A stretch of DNA of 64,000 nucleotides from an uncultured Thermoleophilia bacterium (GCA_963772095.1 CAVYVU010000001.1:5588-69587); one strand, 5' to 3'. Counted from the first letter of the stretch, positions 27,888 through 40,513 are shown. The notes: generated by a model from the sequence alone, not told the origin. Numbers and translations: made by a program.

Positions 27888-28904
27888 ATGAAAGGGGCGC
27901 ATATGAGGGTCATGATAATGGCTGCCGGCAAGGGGACCAGGCTGCGTCCTCTTACAGACTTTGTGCCGAAACCGATGGCTCCTATCGTGAACCGCCCGGC
28001 CCTTCACCACATCTTGCGACTGCTTTCGCGCCATGGCCTCCGTGAAGTCGTCATCAATCTCCACCATCTGCCCGACGCCATAACCTCCTACTTCGGCGAC
28101 GGCTCGTGGCTCGGCATGCAGATCACCTACTCCCACGAGCCAGAGCTTCTGGGCACATCTGGTGGAGTCAAGAACAATGAAGACTTTCTGGGCGGAGGCA
28201 CCTTCCTGGTAATGAGCGGGGACTCGCTCACCGACATCGACCTATCCGGCTTGATCGCAGCCCACCGGCGCAACGGCTCCATCGCCACGCTGGCCGTGAA
28301 GGAAGTGGCCGATCCTAGCCTCTATGGGGTAGTTGTGCTCAACGACGACCAGCGCGTGATGGGGTTCCAGGAGAAGCCGTCCCTGGCCGAGGCACGCTCG
28401 CGTCTGTGCAATTGCGGGATCTACGTCTTCGAGCCCGAGGTCTTCGGACTCATCCCCGCCGGTCGCTTCGACGATTTCGGCAGTCGGCTCTTTCCCGACT
28501 TGCTCGCCGCCGGCACCCCTTTCTACGCGGAACCGATCGACGCTTACTGGAGCGATGTCGGCAACCTGGGGGAGTACGCTCGCGGGAATGCGGACGCCCT
28601 CTTGGGGAAGGTGGAGGTGGAGAAGCCCGGCATGGAGGTCCGGCCAGGGATCTGGGTGGGAGAATCGGTGCGAATCGCCGGCTCAGCCAGTCTTGAGCCA
28701 CCCCTGGTTATCGGGCGGGACTGTGTGATCGGTGAGGATGCAGTAATCGAAGGACCCGCGGTGATAGGGCCTGGGAGTACGCTGGGCGATGGTTCCCACG
28801 TCTTCCAGACGGTCGTTCTTCCGCATTCCGACGTACCCGCAGGCTCGGTGGCGGTGGGCGGGGTGATCGGGCACAAGCTGGGTCCGGCCGGCCGTGACGT
28901 CTGA
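27888..28904 (+). CDS. Sugar-1-phosphate nucleotidylyltransferase with C-terminal left-handed beta-helix (GDP-mannose / NDP-sugar pyrophosphorylase-like)
   Basis: MIMAAGKGTRLRPLT...KPM signature, then C-terminal hexapeptide repeats (VIGRDCVIGEDAVIEGPAVIGPGSTLGDG). An alternative start is the ATG at 27903. Confidence 0.85.
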   Translation: MKGAHMRVMIMAAGKGTRLRPLTDFVPKPMAPIVNRPALHHILRLLSRHGLREVVINLHHLPDAITSYFGDGSWLGMQITYSHEPELLGTSGGVKNNEDFLGGGTFLVMSGDSLTDIDLSGLIAAHRRNGSIATLAVKEVADPSLYGVVVLNDDQRVMGFQEKPSLAEARSRLCNCGIYVFEPEVFGLIPAGRFDDFGSRLFPDLLAAGTPFYAEPIDAYWSDVGNLGEYARGNADALLGKVEVEKPGMEVRPGIWVGESVRIAGSASLEPPLVIGRDCVIGEDAVIEGPAVIGPGSTLGDGSHVFQTVVLPHSDVPAGSVAVGGVIGHKLGPAGRDV

Positions 28905-29706
28905 AGCAGGCGGGATCGGAGTGGGAGGGTCGGGACTGGTAGCGAAGGCCGGCCAATGGTGCCTGGAGAGCGTGCTCGAGCCGGCTCTTTGCGTGCTTTT
29001 TCCTCCCAGATGCGTCGGCTGCGGAGATTTCGAGACACATCTTTGCAGCCATTGCCGGTCGACGCTCATCCCCGTAGGGCCCGATAGCTGCCCCCGTTGT
29101 GGCGAGCCCGGTCCCAGACCCCTTCTGACGGGTCGCTGCAATCATTGCATGGGTAGGACGGTCAGTTTCGCCGGCGCGCAAAGTGCGTTCCAGCACCAGG
29201 GAGTCACCCGGAGGCTCGTGGCCGAGTTCAAGTTTAGCGGGCAGCCGGTGTTGGGACGGGTAATGGCGCGACTGGCCGCGCCGGCCTTTGGAAAGTACGT
29301 GGATTCGCTGGGGTCGCCCGGGAGCGTCCTCGTCACGTGGGTGCCGGCCCACCGGTCGGCAGAACGGGAACGCGGCTACAACCAGGCGGCTGTGCTTGCT
29401 CAGGCTCTCGCTCGGGAGGCCGGAGGCCTGCCGACAGCGGCGGTCGCCCACAAAGTCGCACCCACCCGTCATCAGCAGCGGTTGGATCGGGCGGCCCGGC
29501 AAGCCAACCTGCGCGGTGTCTTCAGGATGTCGGAGTCGTTTCGTCATCCGCCGGAGACTCGGTGCCTGCTGCTTGTAGACGACGTCTACACCACCGGGGC
29601 GACGGTCAATGAGGTGTCGTCAGTGCTTGCAGCGGGAACGGGATTACCTGTCTACATATTCACGTTCTCCCGGGCTCGCGGTGGCAGTGGGGAGGGGCAT
29701 GACTGA
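28894..29706 (+). CDS. comFC: ComF family protein (ComFC-like amidophosphoribosyltransferase)
   Basis: N-terminal Cys motifs (CVGCG...CSHC...CPRCG...CNHC) and the C-terminal PRTase motif LLLVDDVYTTGAT. Confidence 0.85.
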   Translation: MTSEAGGIGVGGSGLVAKAGQWCLESVLEPALCVLFPPRCVGCGDFETHLCSHCRSTLIPVGPDSCPRCGEPGPRPLLTGRCNHCMGRTVSFAGAQSAFQHQGVTRRLVAEFKFSGQPVLGRVMARLAAPAFGKYVDSLGSPGSVLVTWVPAHRSAERERGYNQAAVLAQALAREAGGLPTAAVAHKVAPTRHQQRLDRAARQANLRGVFRMSESFRHPPETRCLLLVDDVYTTGATVNEVSSVLAAGTGLPVYIFTFSRARGGSGEGHD

Positions 29707-29823
29707 AGGAGGTATGTGGTATCTTTCATCGTTCTCAAGCGGGAGAATGACGGCCGGGGCAGGCGCCCAGAGAGCCGGCAGACGCATAATTCGGCCGAGT
29801 CACAAACAAGGAGCTGGACCGTC

Positions 29824-30390
29824 GTGAATCTTACGGTCAAAGGCAGAAACCTGGTCCTCACGGATGCTATCCACAAGTACGCAGAGGAGAAGATGGGGCG
29901 GCTTGGAAAGTATCTTACGGACGGCTCACGCTGCGAAGTGGAGCTTTGGACCGAGAAGAACCCCAGCATTGCGGACAACCAAGTGGTCGAAGCCACGATC
30001 TACACCAAAGGCCCGGTCATCAGGGCTCGGGAGGCTTCGCCGGATATCTTCACGTCCATCGACTTGGTGCTGGCCAAGCTCGAGCGGCAGGTGAAGAAGT
30101 ACAGAGGCAAGTTGGTCGCGCGTTCGCAGGGGGCGCACAAGGAAGCCTTCATGACCGAAGGTTTCACGTCTCTGGAGGAGACAGAGGAGGCGGAGGAGGA
30201 GGCTCCTTCACCCCGCATTGTCAAGATCAAGCAGTTTATGGTGAAGCCCATGGCCCCGGAAGAGGCGGCGCTTCAGCTGGAGCTGATAGGACACGATTTC
30301 TATGTGTTCACCAACTCAGAGACTCAGGAGACCGCGGTCGTATACCGCCGCCGGGACGGCAATTACGGGCTCATCGAAGCTCAAAGCTGA
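29824..30390 (+). CDS. hpf: Ribosome hibernation-promoting factor (long HPF)
   Basis: NLTVKGRNLVLTDAIHKYAEEK... plus the C-terminal dimerisation domain IVKIKQFMVKPMAPEEAALQLELIGHDFYVFTN. GTG at 29824 follows AAGGAG at ~29808; the listed ORF starts at 29716. Confidence 0.9.
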   Translation: MNLTVKGRNLVLTDAIHKYAEEKMGRLGKYLTDGSRCEVELWTEKNPSIADNQVVEATIYTKGPVIRAREASPDIFTSIDLVLAKLERQVKKYRGKLVARSQGAHKEAFMTEGFTSLEETEEAEEEAPSPRIVKIKQFMVKPMAPEEAALQLELIGHDFYVFTNSETQETAVVYRRRDGNYGLIEAQS

Positions 30391-30552
30391 ACCACACCTA
30401 TCACGGAATCCAGGGCGGGAGCAGCCCATGGCCTCGCCCCGTTTCGAGGCTGGCCCGAGCGGCATTCCCACGCATGATGTGCGCGGTGTCTGGTCGCCAG
30501 CGGCGTGTTGGGGCTCCGGCAAAGAGGCACGCTCGATGATCGAGGTCGAACA

Positions 30553-33177
<2,625 letters not shown>

Positions 33178-33340
33178 GGGCCTCAAGGCCTCTTGCCGGC
33201 CGGGCTTCGGGGACCCGGACTCCAGTCGGCGTGGCGGCCCGCGGCCGGCGCCGGGGCGACGCGGGAATGCGGCTGCCCGGGATTGCCGGCGCGACCCCCC
33301 TGGAACGCGGACGCCTCGCTGGGCTATACTTGCGCGACGC

Positions 33341-34508
33341 ATGGCTGAGAAGACAGAGAAGCAGACGACGTCCCTTGCCGAGTATCGGGAGCTCGTCGCG
33401 GTATTCCGTGACAAGTTGCTGTGGGTAAGGGACTATCTTTGACCCCGCTGAACTTGCCCGCAGCATCGCCGAGTTGGAAGTGGAGATGCGCGCACCCGAT
33501 TTCTGGGACGACCAGGCCCAAGCCCAAGGCATAAGCACCCGGTACAGTCGTATTCGAAGCCGGCTGGACGTGTATCAGCGGCTCGTCTCGCAGGTGGACG
33601 ACCTCGAGTTGCTGCTGGACATCTCCGCCGAGGAGACGGAAGGCGACGACCTGTCTGCTGATGCAGTCGACGAGGTCGAGCGCTTGGTGGCCGACGTCAC
33701 CCGTTCGATCGAGCGACTGGAAGAGCAGCGGCTCTTTACCGGCGAATTCGACGCCGGCGACGCCATCGTGAGCATCCACCCTGGGGCCGGCGGCACCGAG
33801 AGCCAGGACTGGGCGGAGATGCTCCTTCGCATGTACCTTCGCTGGGCGCAGAACAGGGGCTTCACCACGGAGTTGAATGAGGCGACCGAGGGCGACGAGG
33901 CCGGCCTCAAGAGTGCGACATTCACCGTGCACGGCGAGAACGGCTACGGTTTGCTGTCCGCGGAGCGAGGCGTCCACCGGCTCGTACGCATCTCCCCGTT
34001 CGACGCGGCGAGCCGTCGCCATACCTCTTTCGCTTCCGTGGATGTGACGCCTCTCGTCGAGGGGGACATCCCCCTAGAGATCGACGAGAAGGACCTTCGC
34101 GTGGAGACCTACCGCTCATCGGGAGCGGGGGGCCAGCACGTCAACAAGACCGATTCCGCTGTCCGGATAACCCATATCCCCACAAAGACGGTGGTCCAAT
34201 GTCAGAACGAACGCAGTCAGCTCCAGAACCGCGAGACCGCGATGCGGATGCTGCGCAGCAAGCTGGTTCTGCTCGACCACGAGAAACGGGAGCAGGAGAT
34301 GGCGCGGGAAAAGGGCGAGCAGAAAGAGATCGGCTGGGGGAGCCAGATCCGGTCCTATGTGCTCGCTCCCTACACTCTGGTCAAAGACCATCGCACCAAC
34401 TACGAGAAAGGCAATGTGGAAGCGGTACTGAACGGAGCCATCGACGATTTCATCAAGGAGTACATATGGCAAAGGTCGGTGGGCAAGCTCGGCGTCCGGT
34501 CCACGTAA
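33341..34508 (+). CDS. prfB: Peptide chain release factor 2 (requires programmed +1 frameshift)
   Basis: A 33-codon leader ORF (33341..33439) ends at an in-frame TGA at 33440..33442 within TAT CTT TGA C. The +1 frame continues into ORF 33474..34508, which carries SPF-region and SSGAGGQHVNKTDSAVRITHIPT (GGQ) motifs. Confidence 0.93.
33425..33443 (+). other. prfB programmed +1 ribosomal frameshift site (SD-like AAGGGA, then CUU UGA C)
   Basis: The sequence GTAAGGGACTATCTTTGACC matches the classical RF2 autoregulatory recoding cassette (E. coli AGGGGGUAUCUUUGAC). Confidence 0.9.
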
Positions 34509-34594
34509 TGCGGCGGGAGACGATGGTTCAAGGACTATCGCTTCCCCCCCAGAATAAATGCCAGATACCCGAGACGGGAGGCAACAGGTAGCAC

Positions 34595-35278
34595 GTGATC
34601 AAGTTTGAAGAAGTAACCAAGATCTACCAACCCGACACGGTGGGTCTCGAGTCGGTAAGTCTCCACATCCAGAAGGGCGAGTTCGTCTTCCTCGTGGGAC
34701 CGTCGGGCTCGGGCAAATCAACGTTTATCCGGCTTCTCATCAAGGAACTGGAACCCGACCAAGGCCGTATCTTCGTCAGTGGGCGCGACCTGGCCAAGTT
34801 GCGCCGCTGGAAAGTGCCCTATCTGCGCCGCAATATCGGCTGTGTGTTCCAGGATTTCAAGCTCCTTCCGAATAAGACGGCATTCCAGAACGTGCTGTAC
34901 GCTCTCGTGGTCACCGGCAACGCGACCAGCGCTTCCCGCAAGAAGGCCAATGAGATCCTTTCTCTGGTCGGCCTGGGGCACAAGGCGAACAGCCTTCCCA
35001 ACGAACTTTCCGGCGGTGAGCAGCAACGGGTCTCGATCGCTCGAGCCTTCGTTAACCACCCGCCGTTGCTCATAGCGGACGAGCCGACGGGGAACCTCGA
35101 CCCAGAGACCTCGATGGGCATCATGCAACTGCTATATCGCATCAATAAAACCGGGACTACCGTCCTGATGGCCACCCACGACCGCGAGATGGTGGACCGG
35201 ATGCGGCGCCGGGTCGTGGCTCTCGACGCCGGGAAAGTAGTCCGCGACCAGCAGCGAGGCGGATATGGGGAGGATTAG
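34595..35278 (+). CDS. ftsE: Cell division ATP-binding protein FtsE
   Basis: 227 aa: GPSGSGKST, LSGGEQQRVSIARA, LLIADEPTGNLD. Confidence 0.93.
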   Translation: MIKFEEVTKIYQPDTVGLESVSLHIQKGEFVFLVGPSGSGKSTFIRLLIKELEPDQGRIFVSGRDLAKLRRWKVPYLRRNIGCVFQDFKLLPNKTAFQNVLYALVVTGNATSASRKKANEILSLVGLGHKANSLPNELSGGEQQRVSIARAFVNHPPLLIADEPTGNLDPETSMGIMQLLYRINKTGTTVLMATHDREMVDRMRRRVVALDAGKVVRDQQRGGYGED

Positions 35279-36149
35279 CTTCTTTTTCAAGGAGGCCTTC
35301 GCTTCCTTGACGCGCAACTACTTCATGACCGTCGCCGCTCTGGTGACGGTGTTCCTTTCGATCGTGGTTCTGGGCGGCGTGCTCGTGTTCGTCTACACGA
35401 CCGGCGCGCTTCTCAGAGAGGTGGAGCAGAAGGTGGAGATCACCGTCTACTTGAAGACGGATCCGGACCCGGCTGCCACCGACGTCGCGGCCATGCAGAG
35501 CCAGATCCAGGGCTGGAGCGAGGTGAAGTCGGTCACGTACGTCAGCAAAGACGAGGCTCTCACGCGCCTGAAGGCGGATTTCGCGAGCAACCCGGAGATC
35601 CTGGCTGGGTTGACGAACAATCCGCTTCCGGCCTCCTTCGAGATCTCACTCAAGGACCCGCAGACGGTGAACGCGGTCGCGGCTCGCTTCACCGGCCAGC
35701 CTATCGTGGACGACGTGCGGTACGGCAAGGAGATCGCGGACAAGCTGTTCAGCTTCACCAATAATGCGCGAAACTTCATGCTGGGCTTCATCGTGTTGCT
35801 GGGCATAGTGGCGGTGCTGCTCATCTCCAACACCATCAGGCTGTCGATCTTTGCCCGTAGGCGCGAGGTGGAGATCATGAAACTGGTGGGAGCGACCAAC
35901 TGGTTCATCCGATGGCCGTTCTTGATAGAGGGAGTCACCGTCGGCTTGTTCGGCGCGGCCGGGGCCATGGTCGTGGTCATCGTGCTGACGAACTTCCTCA
36001 TGGGCAAGCTCCAGGCGAGCATGCCGTTCATGTCGGTCCCGCTGGGGGCGGTGCCGCTGGCCTCCGTCGCCTTTATGCTACTCGCCGTGGGAGTGGTGAT
36101 CGGCGCCGCCGGGTCGGGTATCGGCCTGCGTCGCTTCCTGAAAGTCTGA
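35265..36149 (+). CDS. ftsX: Cell division permease FtsX
   Basis: 294 aa: N-terminal TM, an extracellular domain, three C-terminal TMs (FtsX fold), and the motif MKLVGATNWFIRWPF. It overlaps ftsE by 14 nt. Confidence 0.9.
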   Translation: MGRISFFFKEAFASLTRNYFMTVAALVTVFLSIVVLGGVLVFVYTTGALLREVEQKVEITVYLKTDPDPAATDVAAMQSQIQGWSEVKSVTYVSKDEALTRLKADFASNPEILAGLTNNPLPASFEISLKDPQTVNAVAARFTGQPIVDDVRYGKEIADKLFSFTNNARNFMLGFIVLLGIVAVLLISNTIRLSIFARRREVEIMKLVGATNWFIRWPFLIEGVTVGLFGAAGAMVVVIVLTNFLMGKLQASMPFMSVPLGAVPLASVAFMLLAVGVVIGAAGSGIGLRRFLKV

Positions 36150-36179
36150 TCAGCGTCACCTCGATCGGGGTCCCGTCCT

Positions 36180-37452
36180 ATGGCTGATTCAAGATCTAAG
36201 GGCGGTGGGCACCACAGCTGGGCGAGACCTCTGATCGCAGCTGTGGTGCTCGCCTGTCTTCTGATGATCGGCTCGGTGGCCGGCCCCTTGCAGCCGCCGC
36301 CGGCACGGGCTGCCTCCAAGGCGGAGCTCGACCAGCGGCTCCAGGACACCCGAGTGGGCTTGGAGAAGATCCGGGCCAACATCAAGAAGGCGGACGCGGC
36401 AAAGCAGTCCGCGCTGAAGGACGTCGCCTCGCTCGACCAGTACATCCAGGTGCTGGAACAGGACCTGCAGGATGCGACCGACGCTCGAGACGCGGCAGTG
36501 GATGAGTTGGCCGCGGTGCGCACCCACCTTGCGGACGTCAACAAGGCTCTCAAGGCTAAGACTGACCAGCTGGCCAAAGCAGAGCTCGACCTTCAGATGC
36601 AGCAGGGTTGGCTCAGCGACCGCGTGGTCGAGCATCTATAAGTCGGGCGGCCAGGCGGCGTTCCTCGCCGCATTCCTCGAGCCCCAAGGTCTCACCCAGA
36701 TGGCAGGCCGCGTCAACCTGCTTTCCGCCATCCTCGCGGAAGACAACAAGGCGCTCGACCAGATCAACACCTTGAAGAAGAAGGTGGGAGAGCAGAAGCA
36801 GGCGCTCGAGCTGCAGCAAGCCGAGTTCACCGACCTTGAACAGGTGCAGAAATCCACCACCACGCAGTTGAAGGCTCTGGCCACTCAGCGCCAGAACGAC
36901 ATGAACCACCTGCAGTCGGCGCGGAGCGCGAAGGAGAAGATCGTCAAGCAGGCCGAGTCGGACAAGGCCGCTTGGACCAAGCAGGAAGACCAGATGCTGG
37001 CCGAGTCTGACGAGATCACGGCCATGCTGAAGAAGATCTCAGCCCCGGGCACCGTCCCGCACGGCAACGGAGTCCTCGGGTGGCCGGTCAATGGAGCGGT
37101 CACCTCGCCGTTCGGGATGCGTTTGCACCCCATCTTTCACGTATGGAAGATGCACACCGGGGTTGACCTTCATGCCGCGATGGGTACGCCCATCAAGGCC
37201 GCCGCGGCGGGGACGGTGATCTTCGCGGGCTGGAAGGGCGGGTACGGCCAAGCAGTGATCATCTCGCATGGCAACGGCTTGGCGACGCTCTACGCTCACC
37301 AATCGCAACTGCTGGTGAACGTGGGAGACAAGGTCAAGCGGGGCGAGGTGATAGGCAAGGTGGGGAGCACCGGATATTCTACCGGGCCTCACTTGCATTT
37401 CGAGGTTCGTGTGAACGGGACCCCTGTGGATCCAATGGGTTATCTGTCGTAA
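36180..37452 (+). pseudogene. Coiled-coil M23 peptidase (EnvC/PcsB-like FtsEX-associated murein hydrolase or activator), one frame break as assembled
   Basis: Signal/TM segment plus a long coiled coil. The C-terminal M23 domain reads HTGVDL...GYGQAVIISHGNGLATLYAHQS...GSTGYSTGPHLHFEV. The break is at ~36625 between ORF 36180..36641 and ORF 36472..37452. Confidence 0.85.
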
Positions 37453-37489
37453 GTAACGTCTGGTTTTGAGACGAGGGAGAGAAGGCTTC

Positions 37490-38836
37490 ATGCAAAGTAA
37501 CAAAAGGGTCCCGCTCATCGCGCTGCTCGGTCTGGTCGCCGCCGCGCTGTTGGTATTCGGCGGCTTCTATCTGGGGGCGAGCCCAGGCGGGCGCGACGCG
37601 CTCCACGGCATCCTTCCCGCAAGCTACAAGCAGGCGAACGGGGATTTGCAAAACGAGGTGCTCCAGAAGTTGGAAGGCTCCTATTACCAGACGGTAGACC
37701 CGGCCAACCTTCAGGAGCAAGCGATCAAAGGCATGGTGGCGTCGCTGAATGACCCATGGACGATCTATTTCGATCCTAAGGAGAATACGGCCTTCCAGCA
37801 AGAGGAAAGCGGCTCTTACAGCGGTGTGGGAATGGTGATGGAGATGGTCGATGGCTTCGCCACCATAGCGCAGGTATTCCCAAATAGTCCTGCAGATCTC
37901 GCGGGCATCAAGCCGGACGACATAATCGTGGCCATCAATGGCGTGTCGACCAAGGGCATGGTCCTCGACGACATCTCCGTCACGATCCTCGGTGCAGCCG
38001 GGACCAAGGTCGAGCTGAAGATGTACCGGCCGGCGGCCAGCACGACCACCACCACGATCAGCGAAAGCACGACTACGACGACCACTCAGGGGTCGACCAC
38101 TACGACGACGAATGCCACGTCACAGACCGCGGGCGATCCGGCCACTCTACCTGCCACCGGGTCTACCAAGCAGTACTCTCTGGTGCGGGCCACCATATCG
38201 GTACCCGTGACAAAGGTCGAGATGTTGAGCGCCCAGGGCAAACAGGTGGCACTCGTGCATTTCTACCAGTTCTCGGCGGGGTCGGCGGCCGAACTGAGGA
38301 CCGTCGTCGAAAAAGCGGTGAATGTGGACAAGGTAGCCGCCATCATCCTGGACTTACGGGGCAACGGAGGGGGCTACCTCAATGAGGGGCTGGACGTAGC
38401 CAGCCTCTTCATCAAGTCTGGGAGTACCATCGTCAGCGACTCGGGCCGGAAATCTCCCGAACACATCTACAAAGCGACCGGCGGAGCCTTCACGGGCGTC
38501 CCGTTGTACGTGCTGGTCGATCGAAATACCGCCAGCGCTTCCGAGATCGTTGCCGGTGCCCTCCAGGACTACAAGCGCGCCACATTGATAGGCGAGACCA
38601 CCTTCGGCAAGGGTCTGGTGCAGAGCCTTGAACCGCTCAGTAACGGGGGCCTGCTGAAGGTGACGAGCGCCGTCTACCTGACGCCCAACGGCCGCAATAT
38701 CAACAAGAAAGGCATCACGCCCGACGTGGTCGCTCCCGAGGATCCCGCTACTCCAAACGTCGACAACGGTGTCAATGCGGCACTCAAATTGATCGAGGCT
38801 GGAACCACGGCTACCACCAGCACCACGAGCAAATAG
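37490..38836 (+). CDS. ctpA: Carboxy-terminal processing protease (S41, PDZ-containing)
   Basis: PDZ domain (SPADLAGIKPDDIIVAINGV) and S41 core (LDLRGNGGGY, TASASEI, TFGKGLVQ). It has a poly-Thr insertion (TTTTTISESTTTTTTQGSTTTTT). ATG at 37490. Confidence 0.9.
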   Translation: MQSNKRVPLIALLGLVAAALLVFGGFYLGASPGGRDALHGILPASYKQANGDLQNEVLQKLEGSYYQTVDPANLQEQAIKGMVASLNDPWTIYFDPKENTAFQQEESGSYSGVGMVMEMVDGFATIAQVFPNSPADLAGIKPDDIIVAINGVSTKGMVLDDISVTILGAAGTKVELKMYRPAASTTTTTISESTTTTTTQGSTTTTTNATSQTAGDPATLPATGSTKQYSLVRATISVPVTKVEMLSAQGKQVALVHFYQFSAGSAAELRTVVEKAVNVDKVAAIILDLRGNGGGYLNEGLDVASLFIKSGSTIVSDSGRKSPEHIYKATGGAFTGVPLYVLVDRNTASASEIVAGALQDYKRATLIGETTFGKGLVQSLEPLSNGGLLKVTSAVYLTPNGRNINKKGITPDVVAPEDPATPNVDNGVNAALKLIEAGTTATTSTTSK

Positions 38837-38887
38837 GGTTCGGACGGAGACGTCCACGGGCTTTCCGACCTCGACAGGGAGCGAAAC

Positions 38888-39715
38888 GTGAGCAGCGCGG
38901 CCAAAGGTGGCTTCCGGCCGCGGTTCTTCGCGAGTGAAGGCGTGCCCGCCGCTGGACAGCCGAGGGCCGGCCGGGAAGTCTTGCTCGATACCGAGGACAG
39001 CCATCACGCCACCGCTGTGCTTCGTCTCCACCCCGGGGATGAGTGTGAGGTGGTCCTCGCGCCGTCTGGTGCAGTCCACCTAGCGCGGGTCCTTGCCGTG
39101 GGGACTCCGGTGCGCCTGGAACTTGGCGGCCGCCTGGAGGGCGACGCCGCGGGGGCCAGCTACCGGCGCGACGTGTGGTTGGTTCAGGCTCTGGCCCGGC
39201 CGGCGGTGATGGACTACCTCATTGAGAAGGGAACGGAGACTGGAGCCAGCCGGTTCTTGCTGGTGCCGGTAGCCGGTTCTCCGCGTGTGCCGGAGGGGTC
39301 CATGGACCGGCGGCTGGCGCGCTGGCGGAAGGTGGCGCGCGAAGCCGCGAAGCAGAGTAAACAGGTGGCCATACCGGGGGTCGATTGCGTTACTTCGCTG
39401 GAAGCGGCCTTGGCCGACGTGGACAAGGCCGGTGCGCGGTCGCTCCTGCTGGAGCCGCGGGCGGTCACGGGTCTCGACGAGATCGTCCGGCAGATCGCAG
39501 AGGATACCCCCGCAGTGAACGTCGCGGCCGAAGACGGAAAGGGCCCGGCGATTGCCCTGTGGGTGGGCCCGGAGAGCGGCTGGTCGGAGCAAGAACTCGA
39601 GCGCTTTCGCGCCGCCGGTGGGGAGACCGTCAGGCTTGGAAGGAGTGTGCTTCGCACCGAGACGGCGGGCCCGGTGGCGGTGGCCCTGGTGCGGCTTGGG
39701 CTAAGGGATTGGTAG
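38888..39715 (+). CDS. rsmE: 16S rRNA (uracil1498-N3)-methyltransferase
   Basis: PRFFA..., HHATAVLRL, GASRFLLV, VGPESGWSEQELE, LGRSVLRTETAG: the RsmE pattern. Confidence 0.85.
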   Translation: MSSAAKGGFRPRFFASEGVPAAGQPRAGREVLLDTEDSHHATAVLRLHPGDECEVVLAPSGAVHLARVLAVGTPVRLELGGRLEGDAAGASYRRDVWLVQALARPAVMDYLIEKGTETGASRFLLVPVAGSPRVPEGSMDRRLARWRKVAREAAKQSKQVAIPGVDCVTSLEAALADVDKAGARSLLLEPRAVTGLDEIVRQIAEDTPAVNVAAEDGKGPAIALWVGPESGWSEQELERFRAAGGETVRLGRSVLRTETAGPVAVALVRLGLRDW

Positions 39716-39728
39716 TATAATCAGCGCA

Positions 39729-40070
39729 ATGGAAGACTGCATATTCTGTAGGATCGCAAGCGGTGAGATTCCCAGCGATGTAGTGCTTGAGGACGGCCGT
39801 TTCGTCGCCTTCCGCGACATCCACCCGAAGGCTCCGGTCCACGTGTTGATCGTTCCCCGAGAGCACATCGTCTCTCTCAACGAGATCCATCTTTGGCAGG
39901 GGTGCCAAGGTCAACACCTGCTGGAGTTCATCGCCCAGGTCGCTCGGGAGCTGGGCGTGGACGAGACAGGCTATCGTGTCCTCACGAACACGGGGCCTGA
40001 CGGGGGCCAGGAAGTGCAGCACCTACATTTCCACCTACTTGGTGGCGAGAACCTGGGAGACTTCCGTTGA
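39729..40070 (+). CDS. HIT family (histidine triad) nucleotide hydrolase
   Basis: CIFCRI...D, VHVLIVPREH, and the histidine triad HLHFHLLGG. Confidence 0.9.
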   Translation: MEDCIFCRIASGEIPSDVVLEDGRFVAFRDIHPKAPVHVLIVPREHIVSLNEIHLWQGCQGQHLLEFIAQVARELGVDETGYRVLTNTGPDGGQEVQHLHFHLLGGENLGDFR

Positions 40071-40513
40071 GCATATTGGTGGAGCTGCAAGAGCGAGTCA
40101 AAGCGGCGCTGAAGGCAGGGAACAAGGAAGAGGTGTCCGCGCTGCGAATGATCGTCAACGAGCTGCAGAAGGTCGCCAAAGACGCGCGCCAGACCTTGGA
40201 CGAGAACGCGGAGCAGCAAGTGCTAAAGCGGGAATTCAAGCGCCGGCTCGAATCCATCGAGGCTTTCCGCGCGGGTGGTCGGGAGGATCTTGCGGAGCAC
40301 GAAGAGTACGCGGCCGGCATCATCGAAGGCCTCCTTCCGCAGCAACTGGACGAGGTGGCGCTCGGTAAGCTGGCGGACCAGGTCATCGCTGAGGTCGGCG
40401 CGACGTCGATTCGGGATATGGGCAAGGTGATGGCCGGCATCATGGCAATAGGCGGGACCCAAGTGGATGGAAAGCTGGCGTCTCGACTGGTCAAGGAGCG
40501 TTTATCAGCGTGA
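40067..40513 (+). CDS. yqeY: GatB/YqeY domain protein
   Basis: 148 aa: LQERVKAALKAGNKEEVSALRMI...KRR.ESIE.F...GRED..., the YqeY pattern. It has a 4-nt overlap with HIT. Confidence 0.85.
   Translation: MSILVELQERVKAALKAGNKEEVSALRMIVNELQKVAKDARQTLDENAEQQVLKREFKRRLESIEAFRAGGREDLAEHEEYAAGIIEGLLPQQLDEVALGKLADQVIAEVGATSIRDMGKVMAGIMAIGGTQVDGKLASRLVKERLSA

Noticed and set aside
33178-33340. The 163-nt very GC-rich secA-prfB spacer as a candidate structured ncRNA, and similarly the hpf-secA spacer 30391..30552.
   Set aside because: I could find only short imperfect GC stems and no recognisable RNA-family signature. GC-rich spacers fold trivially, so the sequence alone gives no support.
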